64,000 nucleotides of DNA from Octopus sinensis (taxonomy: Eukaryota), in assembly GCF_006345805.1 (NCBI RefSeq), contig NC_043006.1, positions 33,046,001-33,110,000 of the forward strand. The letters run 5' to 3'. The notes beneath the pieces are model-generated. The model was not told the DNA's origin, ran no database searches, and was given only the letters and a program-made list of their open reading frames with translations. The position numbers and the translations under genes were made by a program. Positions 53,666-64,000 of this stretch are shown piece by piece. Numbering within the stretch: position 1 is the first letter of the stretch; every line of letters starts with the position of its first letter.

Positions 53666-54232
53666 AATAATTGAAAGCAAATAACCGTTCCAACAGATTA
53701 TTTAACGTCAGTCTAAAAGCTAATGAACTATGGCATCAACCCATTCCTCCCATCACCATTAGTCTGTCAAACTACAACCAAGGGGAAGTCTGTTTGCGTA
53801 GAACAAGGCAGTCACGGGCGAATGTTTTAAATATCTGCACATACAGATTATTTTATTTCCTATTCGGTTAGATGTGTAACCGTACAGTCACACACACAAA
53901 CACACATAGGTATATGAATGTATGTATGTATGTATGTATGTATGTATGTATGTATGTATGTATCTGCATGTGCATCCACACATCTAAGTGTGTGTTTGTG
54001 TGTGTGATTGTACGGTTACACATCTAACCGAATAGGAAATAAAATAATCCGTATTTGCAGATATTTAAATAAACATTCGCCCGTGACTGCCTTGTTCTAC
54101 GCAAACAGACTTCCCCTTGATTGTAGTTTGACAGACTAATGGTGATGGGAGGAATGGGTTGATGCCATAGTTCATTAGCTTTTAGACTGACGTTAAATAA
54201 TCTGTTGGAATGGGTATTTGCTTTCAGTTATT
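53666..54232. repeat. Long inverted repeat, ~240 bp arms with ~80 bp (TATG)n spacer
   Basis: 53666-53906 pairs with ~53990-54232; a handful of substitutions. Confidence 0.92.
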
Positions 54233-54495
54233 AATATATATATATATATTTGTATCTATGTACTATTTTGTGTATAAGTCAGAAATCCGGGATTTGGAAT
54301 TATCGAATAATTTTTTTTGCTAGTTTATTTTGTCTCTTTGTCTTCTCTCCTGGTGCTCTATGAATATTTGGTGTGGTTTTAGAGTCAAGTTTTGACTGCA
54401 TGATGGTATCTTTCAGATACCCTTAATTATAATTATATATATATAATATACACACACGCATCACGCATACACACACACATACATACCTACATACC

Positions 54496-54557
<62 letters not shown>

Positions 54558-54774
54558 TTTACTGCGATGGTTTATATATATATAATGAAGCCATCAAGAG
54601 GTGGAGTGAAGTATTATACATCCTCAAAACGTGTTTATTACAGTATTATTCTAACATAATTCTCATTAAATTCACATTGAATTGAAATCTAATGCGAATT
54701 TAATGAGGACTATGCTGTAATAAGCTCGGTTTGAGGATAATATCATTCTCCACTCGTCTTCATGATGTCTTAAT

Positions 54775-55140
54775 TATATACCGGGTGTTCAAAACGTTTC
54801 TCGGCAGTAAGTATTTTATTGCAAAATAAATATTTATAAGATGGTATAAGACTACAAAAGAATATATTAGACTTTACGAGATTTTAAAAAAACTTTATAA
54901 GCGGTGTTGAAAGTGTCGTCCTTAATTTTTAATACATCAGTTGACTCTTCTACACATGTTTTGAAATACATCTTGGAGAAAAGAAATCACTGCGGAGATA
55001 CTTTTTGAACACACTGTACTTTGTATGCTGAAGGGAATCCGATGAAGCGAACTCGGGATTTACCTATTGAAAGAAGTACCATGTAAGTGTTAAACAATTC
55101 CGTATGCTCCAATCATTCAATGGTAGGGAACATCCAGCTC
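54775..55140 (-). mobile_element. Tc1/mariner-like transposase C-terminal remnant with probable TIR
   Basis: Minus frame ends FQNMCRRVN*CIKN*GRHFQHRL (mariner-type R...CI...G.HF.H). TA-ccgggtgttc TIR-like end at ~54778. Confidence 0.55.
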
Positions 55141-55224
55141 AATACTAGTAACTTTGCTGCTCGGATTCCAGATCCTTATTCTTTTATGTTACATATAAAC
55201 ATATATATATATATATATAATATA

Positions 55225-55470
55225 TCATCATCATCATCATAATCGTTTAACGTCCGCCTTCCATGCTAGCATGGGTTGGACGGTTCAACTGGGGTCTGGG
55301 AAGCCCGAAGGCTGCACCAGGCCAGTCAGATCTGGCAGTGTTTCTACAGCTGGATGCCCTTCCTAACGCCAACCACTCCGTGAGTGTAGTGGGTGCTTTT
55401 TATGTGCCACCGACACAGGTGCCAAACGAGGCTGGCGAACGGCCACGCTCGGATGGTGCTTTTTACGTGA
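55225..55470 (-). mobile_element. RTE-type retroelement/SINE 3' end with (GAT)n tail
   Basis: Minus strand ends gaagggcatccagc..catgctagcatggaaggcggacgttaaacgattatgatgatgatg; internal repeat of the aaaaagcacc motif. Confidence 0.55.
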
Positions 55471-55949
55471 CACCGATATATATATATATATGCATGTATT
55501 TAAGACTCGGTAAAACTATACTCAATGGTAGTAATGTTTGTTTAGCACAAATGATGTTATATACTGATATTTAATTATCTGTTCATACACATGATATTTC
55601 CAGCGTATTCAGTTACATAGTTTATATGTGTGTGAGTGCATGTGTGTGTGTTTGTTTGTGTACGAGGTGTGGACACAGCGTAGGGGAATTGTTAGGAAGC
55701 TTTCTTCATATTCATGATATTGCAAGTTCGGTCACATTGTATGGCATCTGGGTCAAGTACCTGGCATTTGTTGCACGGCGTGTGTGTAAGAGTGAGTAGC
55801 AGACGCACAATTTGTAGCAACATGCCGGATGAATCGTACGCGGAAGTGAAAAGTGCTGCAGCTTTGTCACGGACTAACTGAATTCACGCATTTGTGGAAT
55901 AATTAACCATTCATTAATTCAATTAGCAGATTCAGTTACTTTATTTTTA

Positions 55950-56037
<88 letters not shown>

Positions 56038-56208
56038 GGGCTTAGTAAAATAAATTACTTTGCCACATACTGACTCATTAGAAATAGCAGCTAAAGAAAT
56101 TTCTTCAGCTATTTCTAATACTAAGAAGATCTCTCTCAGATAGTGTTTGCCTAAACTAACTCACAAAAGTATGGGGGAAAAACATAAAAAATCAAGTGCA
56201 AAGGTATT

Positions 56209-56260
56209 TGAGAACGTACGTTTCTAGATTAGTCAATTCGACATTTCTTTCTTCAGCTCA
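56209..56260 (-). ncRNA. Type I hammerhead in left arm of fold-back
   Basis: UGAG-CUGAAGA-AAGAAAUGUC(GAAUU)GACUAAUCUA-GAAA-CGUACG-UU^CUCA; same family as 38430-38489. Confidence 0.7.
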
Positions 56261-56273
56261 GATTCAAGGATTC

Positions 56274-56324
56274 TGAGCTGAAGAAAGAAATGTCGAATTG
56301 ACTAATCTAGAAACGTACGTCTCA
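56274..56324 (+). ncRNA. Type I hammerhead in right arm of fold-back (1-nt deletion near the cleavage site)
   Basis: Mirror of 56209-56260, reading GAAACGUACGUCUCA. Confidence 0.6.
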
Positions 56325-57112
56325 AATAACCTTGCACTTGATTTTTAATGTTTTTTCCCCCATACTTTTGTGAGTTAGTTAGGCAACACTATCTGATAGA
56401 GATCTCTTTAAGTATTAAATAGCGAAGAAATTTCTTAGCTGCTATTTCTAATGAGTTCAGTATGTGCAAAGTAATTTATTTTACTAACCCTTATATATAA
56501 TGTAATATTTTGAATTCGCCTATAATGGTCCCTTTACATACTGAAACTTGGTGAAACTTAATAATTAATTAATTTTACCCTCAATTGTTGAAATTAGATA
56601 TAATCTATATATATATATATATTACTGTCATATATTTTTTTTACTGTGTATATATATATTTTTTAATGTGTGTTTTTTACTGTTTATATTTTGTACTGTC
56701 GTTACTGTCCTGTTTTTTTACCATTTTTTTTACATTTTGTACCCCTCTGCGAAAAGATCTCAGAATTTTATTGATTTGCTTTTCGCAGGAAGGAAAGTTT
56801 CTTGTCGAAGATACGTCTCGCTTTATCCTTCGAAACGTAGAGTATATGAAACCTTAGCGACTGAAGAAGGGGTTTTTTCGTTGTGTTAACTGTCCTGTAC
56901 TCCATTTTTTTGTTTTTAAAAAAAAGTCCTGTTCCTTTGGTTGTGTCTATGTTTTCGTTTCTCTTTGTGTTCGACGTCTCTTTGGTGTCCTGTACTCATA
57001 TATGCGTGTATATGTACATGTAGAGGAAGGTACGTACATATATGTTTATATATATGCATATGTTTTATTTCTTTTATTAATATATATATATATATATATA
57101 TTTACATACTTA

Positions 57113-57410
57113 GGCGCAGGCGTGGCTGTGTGGTAAATAGTTTGCTTACCAGCCACATGGTTCCGTGATCAGTCCAATTGCGTGGCACTTTGGGCAAGTG
57201 TCTTCTACTATAGCCTCGGGCCAACCAAAGTCTTGTGAGTGCATTTGGTAGGCGGAAACTGAAAGAAGCCCGCTGTATATAAGCAAGTATATATGTATGT
57301 TTGCGTGTCTGTATTTGACCCACCACCAACACCACCACCACCAATATCGCTTGACAACCGACGTTGGTGTGTTTACGTTCCCGTAATCTAGCGGTCCGGT
57401 AAAAGTACTA
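57113..57410 (+). mobile_element. SINE family A, 3'-truncated
   Basis: Near-consensus head and body. Confidence 0.85.
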
Positions 57411-57617
57411 GGGTTTTATCACCTTACATATTTACGGGAGGATCAACTAAATGGATTAATGCGTATTTACATAACAAACAAATGAAATCCTGTCTATGTA
57501 TTTATTTGTCCACTTGCTTGCTTAACTGACCCTTTTTCTCATCTTCCGCCTTTCTCATACGTTTCTCTCCTCTATTCTGTTCTCATCCCTACTCTACCTC
57601 TCCCATTTCCTCCCTAT

Positions 57618-57655
<38 letters not shown>

Positions 57656-59339
57656 ATATATATAACTATACCTACATACACACACACATACATACATATA
57701 CAGAGCCATATATCATAGGTTTTCACGTTCATGTATGCATATGTGTTGTGTATGTGTGCCAACCCAGTCGGTGATCAACATAAAGGTTGAATCCTATACA
57801 AAGTATTATGGATGATGTCCTCTGCCACCATTAAAGCAAAACTTTCGTTTTAACAACTATTTTGTGTAGTTTACTATAAATTTAGAGACATATTTCGTAT
57901 TTTAAAAGTCCCATTTTCAGAGCATAGGACATGTCATCATTGAATTACGTATACCCAACCATCGGTTGATGGTTAATGGTATTTTAACTCTATGCACATA
58001 CTATATGTGTGTCAGTTCTAATGCTTATGTGTGTGTGAATTTGATTGTGTATCTATGTCTGCCTGTGTTTTTGAATATTTAATGATACAAAATTACTATT
58101 TTTACAAGAAGTCACGTCATGAAAATTACGTCATAGAAGAAATTAATTAGATGATATCCAGTCATCTGACTTTCTGTAATAAATTAGACAGAAGTTATTT
58201 TGATCATGTGGAAACAATATGGACACTGTCAGTAGTCGAAAAGCGAGAAAGACCTATATTGAAATGATGTGCAGTTTTATGGAGATTTTTATTATCTAAG
58301 ATCATAGGTTAGTATGGGATTTGCGAGAGTGAACAGCTTGTTGCTGTAGATCGTTTCACTTCGCAGATGCCTTTTTACAGCCTCGCGGAAAAGAGAAAAA
58401 CCAACATGCAAGATTCAAAGCTCGACTTATCACATTCTTTACGTCTATGTTAGGAATTAAGCCACTGAGACCCTATACGAATTCATTACCTACAGTTATT
58501 ATTCAAAACAGTCTTTCGCAACCATTTTATGACTGCGGACTCCTTAGGTTCTAATCTTACACGGCTGGACCCTCGTAATCATTCAATATTTTGAAAAATT
58601 GTATTATATTTTTATACTTAAATATTATTAGTAACTGCATAAGAAAAAAAATACTGTAATATTTTGTGTATTGTAGAAGTATAACTAATATATAGCAGAT
58701 AAATTTTTTACAACAAAATCTTATATGGAGCCCTGTCGGGACCCACTGAGCAAGAGAGATGACAAACATATCGAAAGAAATGAACGCATTCAGATTAATT
58801 GTAAGCAATGACTTGCTGCGTGGTGTTTATATTTTTTCATATATTCTAATTCTTCTTAAATATTCACTAATAGATCCTTTTTATTGAATAAAGTAAATAT
58901 TTTAAGTAGAATTATATTTCTGGAAAACAGAATAATGACCAGCGTGTCAAACTGCTAAAAATCGCCATTAATTGAATTAATATTAAAAATTTAAAATCGA
59001 TGAAAGCACAACGACTTCTCTTGTCACAGTTTTAAATTAAAGTAATTGAAGAAGTCATGGGAGAATACGTCTTTGTTTAATATGTTTAATCCTACATTAA
59101 TTTCCATTATTACATTAGACAGAAAGACATATAACAGACAGAAAGATAGAGTAAACGTGCCTCTGTGCGTGTATATGCTAGTGTGTGCAGCGTATATGAG
59201 TATATATGTGTGTGCGTATTTGTCTGCGTCTGTACAAGTGCATGCAAATGTTAGTGCATTTGTACTAGTTTCCGTAGACATTAAGTATTAATATAAAAGG
59301 CACTAAAAACTACCGTTACCGCCACAACAGAAAGCAACA

Positions 59340-59485
59340 GGCGCAGACATGGGTCTGTGGTAAGAAGTTTGATTCCCAACCACATGGTTCTGAGTTCAGT
59401 CCCACCGCGTGCTACCTTGTACAAATGTCCTCTACTATAGACTTGTGAGTGGATTTCATAGATGGAAACTGAAAGAATCCCGTCG
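59340..59485 (+). mobile_element. SINE family A 5' half
   Basis: Head plus ttgtgagtggatt..ggaaactgaaag. Confidence 0.75.
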
Positions 59486-59520
<35 letters not shown>

Positions 59521-59593
59521 ATGTGTGTGTGTGTGTGTGTCTGTGTGTGTGTGTGTATACATACATACATACATACATACATACATACATACG

Positions 59594-59765
59594 TTGAGCT
59601 GGCAGAATCATTAGCATGCCGGGCGAAATGCTTAGCGGTATTTCGTCTTTCTTTATCTTCTGAGTTCAAATTCCGCCGAGGTAGACTTTGCCTTTTATCC
59701 TTTCAGATCGATAAATAAAGTACCAGTGAAACACTGGGGTCAATGTCATCGACTAGTCCCCTCCC
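59594..59765 (+). mobile_element. SINE family B
   Basis: Near-consensus head and core. Confidence 0.85.
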
Positions 59766-60907
59766 CAAGTAACTGAAACAAATAATTGATAAAAGAAGTG
59801 GTTAGGGTTCTGTTCCCCTTCACAGCAATGGCAAACAAAGAGCTAGACGCAGCTGCACTCATATTTTGTTATACTGCAAAATGAAGTATACCATCTACAG
59901 CCAAAGATATTAAAATTTAAATGTCTGTATAACATCTGAAGCTGTAAATAAACAGACTAAACAGAAAGACTACTAAAAGACTTTCTCGTATAAGAAATTG
60001 CTCAAAATCCCTACAGTAGTAAAGAACAGAGTAAAATTATGTTAAAATAGGTGAAGAATAATAATTAACGCATAAGACTAAGTATAATTTCGTTGGATGT
60101 ATGGTTTCTATTCAGGATATATATTTATTCATAATACAGAATGTTTATAAGTAGATGTACCCTATTCTCTTTTGGCAGTTTGAAAGCAGTATCGAACACT
60201 CCTTGATACCAGGGTAACGAAGACAAATGATTGGTACAGAATCAATAAATGAATATGTACAATTTTTTTTGGTGGGGCGGTTGTCTTCTATCGAAACGTG
60301 AGCTTTTTTCGAAAGAATTCAATATTACTATAAACTACGTGTTAACCACAATTTCCAAATCAAAGTAACAGCGATAACGCCAATAGTAATTTACTTCGAA
60401 ATGTGAATATGCTGATCAATATCTTAATATTGCATGTAAATCATATACAAAGAACTAAAATATCACATAACATATCCTATTGTCAAATCGGCATACATAC
60501 ATACATACATACATGAATACACACACATGTATAGACACATACATACATACATACATACATACATACATACATACATACATACATACATACATACAAAATT
60601 TAGAGGACTGACCACTAAAAAAATGAACACTAAAAAAATGGACAGGCTATATGTTAGATAGCTGTCCATTTATTTAGGGGTCAGTGCTCTTAATTTTGAA
60701 TGTAAAATAAATTTTTTTAATTATGCTAGGCCATGGTTTTAATTGATTAATATAAATTTCTACCCTTATTTATTTTATATACATAATATATATATATATA
60801 TATATATATATCTATATATATATATAATATATATATATATATATAATATATATAATATATATCTTATATATATATATATATATATAGATCTATATATATA
60901 TATTAGA

Positions 60908-60941
<34 letters not shown>

Positions 60942-61049
60942 TAGATAGATGATAGATAGATATATGAGAGATCTATATATATATACATATATAATAGATA
61001 TAAAATATGCTAGGCCACTGGTTTTAATTGATTATTTAATTTTATATAC

Positions 61050-61099
<50 letters not shown>

Positions 61100-61132
61100 A
61101 TAAATATAATATTTATATATATATAATATATA

Positions 61133-61179
<47 letters not shown>

Positions 61180-61355
61180 TAAATATTAGGGAATAAATCC
61201 AAATTTACAGGGAAAAAAATCAGATTTAGGATTAAATCCAATTTTATAGTAAAATATTAAAAATATTATTAGAGACAAAACCACTATTTCGCAAACAAAA
61301 ACACAAGAAAAGACTTAATCAATACATAAAATTTTAATAAATAGTCAAAAAACCG

Positions 61356-61398
61356 CCACTACAATCGTTTCTTGTCTTGATCGACAATCTTCAGGTGG
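61356..61398 (-). ncRNA. Type I hammerhead in left arm of fold-back
   Basis: Reverse complement of 61451-61493. Confidence 0.8.
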
Positions 61399-61450
61399 AC
61401 TTCCAATAATTCAGTTACAAATTATGAATTGTAACTGAATTATTGGAAGT

Positions 61451-61493
61451 CCACCTGAAGATTGTCGATCAAGACAAGAAACGATTGTAGTGG
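61451..61493 (+). ncRNA. Type I hammerhead ribozyme
   Basis: CCAC-CUGAAGA-UUGUC(GAUCAA)GACAA-GAAA-C(GAUU)G-UA^GUGG; predicted cut after 61489. Confidence 0.8.
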
Positions 61494-61715
61494 CGGTTTT
61501 TTTGACTATTTATTAAAATTTTATGTATTGATTAAGTCTTCCTCCTTGTTTGTTTTGCAAAATAGTGGTTTTGTCTCTAATAATATTTTATATATATATA
61601 TATAATATATGGTTAATACTATAAAGAAAGCTGGTGCATCTAAGTTAAGTACCATATTCATTTGAATTCATTTGAATCTTAATTGTTTTGCTGAAATTAT
61701 ATATATTATATATAT

Positions 61716-61887
<172 letters not shown>

Positions 61888-61962
61888 CTATATATATACA
61901 TATATATATAGATAAAAATATGCTAGGCCACTGGTTTTAATTGATTATTTAATTTTATATAC

Positions 61963-62009
<47 letters not shown>

Positions 62010-62077
62010 TAAATATGTATATATATATATATAAATATAAATATAAATATATATATACATAATATATATATATATAC

Positions 62078-62140
<63 letters not shown>

Positions 62141-62230
62141 TTAATACATAAAGAAAGCTGGTGCATCTAAGTTAAGTACCATATTCATTTGAATTCATTT
62201 GAATTCATTTGAATCTTAATTGTTTTGCTG

Positions 62231-62299
<69 letters not shown>

Positions 62300-62328
62300 A
62301 TGATAGATAGATAGATAGATAGATAGAT

Positions 62329-62372
<44 letters not shown>

Positions 62373-62384
62373 AGATAGATAGAT

Positions 62385-62425
<41 letters not shown>

Positions 62426-62532
62426 CTATCTATTTATATACATATATATATAGATATAAAATATGCTAGACCACTGGTTTTAATTGATTATTTAATTTTT
62501 ATACATAAAATATATATATATATATATATATC

Positions 62533-62568
<36 letters not shown>

Positions 62569-62653
62569 AAATATAAATATGTATATATCTATATATAAAT
62601 ATAAATATAAATATATATATATACATAATATATATATATATATACATAATATG

Positions 62654-62696
<43 letters not shown>

Positions 62697-62860
62697 TTAA
62701 TACCATAAAGAAAGCTGGTGCATCTAAGTTAAGTACCATATTCATTGAATTCATTTGAATTCATTTGAATCTTAATTGTTTTGCTGAAATTATATATAGA
62801 TATTATATATATATATATATATATATAATAGATAGATAGATAGATAGATAGATAGATCGA

Positions 62861-62937
<77 letters not shown>

Positions 62938-63012
62938 CTATTATATATACATATATATATAGATATAAATATGCTATGCCACTGTTTTAATTGATTATTT
63001 AATTTTATATAC

Positions 63013-63057
<45 letters not shown>

Positions 63058-63202
63058 CTGTATATATATATATATAATATATATATATAATATAGATATA
63101 TATATATGTATATATATATATTATAAATATGTATATATATATATAAATATAAATATAAATATATAATATCATATATATATATATATATAATATATAGATA
63201 TA

Positions 63203-63243
<41 letters not shown>

Positions 63244-63462
63244 ATATATCTTTATGGTTAATACCATAAAGAAATCTGGTGCATCTAAGTTAAGTACCAT
63301 ATTCATTGAATTCATTTGAATTCATTTGAATATAATTGTTTTGCTGAAATTATATTATATTAATATAGATAGATAGAGAGATCTATATATATATACATAT
63401 ATATAGATATAAATATGCTAGGTCACTGGTTTTAATTGATTATTTAATTTTAATATACATAT

Positions 63463-63496
<34 letters not shown>

Positions 63497-63640
63497 ATAT
63501 ATATATATATATAATATATATATATATATTATATATGTATATAATATATAAATATAAATATGTATATATATATATATACATATAAATATAAATATAATAT
63601 ATATATATATACTATATATATATATATTATATATATATAG

Positions 63641-63672
<32 letters not shown>

Positions 63673-63786
63673 CTTATATATATATATTTACGGTTATACC
63701 ATAAAGAAATCTGGTGCATCTAAGTTAAGTACGATATTTATTTGAATTCATTTGAATTCATTTGAATCTTAATTGTTTTGCTGAAT

Positions 63787-63833
<47 letters not shown>

Positions 63834-64000
63834 ATATATATATACAGGAGCAAAAATGCTGGAGAATCAGTATACACCACGTGGCAAAATTATGAAGTGA
63901 AACTATGTGGGAAACATAAAAAAGGGAAGAGAAATGCCTTCATTCCTCCACATAGTTTTAATAATTTAAATAGCGAAAACCGGTTGGATATTACTACATA

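Larger units (their letters stand above)
56038..56490. repeat. Fold-back duplication (~225 bp arms) of a hammerhead repeat
   Basis: Centre ctcaga-ttcaaggat-tctgag at ~56267; arms differ mostly by 1-nt indels. Confidence 0.85.
61259..61590. repeat. Fold-back duplication (~165 bp arms) of a hammerhead repeat
   Basis: Centre cagttacaa..ttgtaactg at ~61424. Confidence 0.85.

Noticed and set aside
56820-56900. CTGAAGA and GAAAC motifs
   Set aside because: Wrong order and no pairing stems for a hammerhead.

Overview
AT-rich, microsatellite-saturated animal genomic DNA. The SINE families and the (TA)n/(TAA)n/(GATA)n load strongly suggest an octopus (coleoid cephalopod); this is an inference. Nearly all ORF-track entries are translated microsatellites. 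The only host gene I can support is four small + strand GT-AG exons (15765-15825, 20013-20082, 33657-33742, 34768-34948). They splice in frame into TM4-TM7 of a class B (secretin-family) GPCR most like the PDF receptor; its 5' and 3' exons were not found. The rest is intronic or intergenic. It holds R4/Dong-type RLE retrotransposon pieces inserted in (TAA)n arrays, CR1/L2-type and RTE LINE fragments, a Tc1/mariner remnant and three tRNA-type SINE families. The most notable signal is about ten minimal type I hammerhead-ribozyme motifs from several unrelated families, many inside fold-back inverted duplications typical of Penelope-like elements and retrozymes. The best case (36081-37254) is a ~357-360 bp unit repeated in tandem and inverted. 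Each unit carries one hammerhead with a compensatory U3-A8 core, the layout expected of a non-LTR retrozyme that releases ~360-nt, possibly circular, RNAs. Seven long inverted repeats occur in the window. Scattered single-base indels suggest a long-read assembly, so palindromes with indel-only differences need read-level confirmation.
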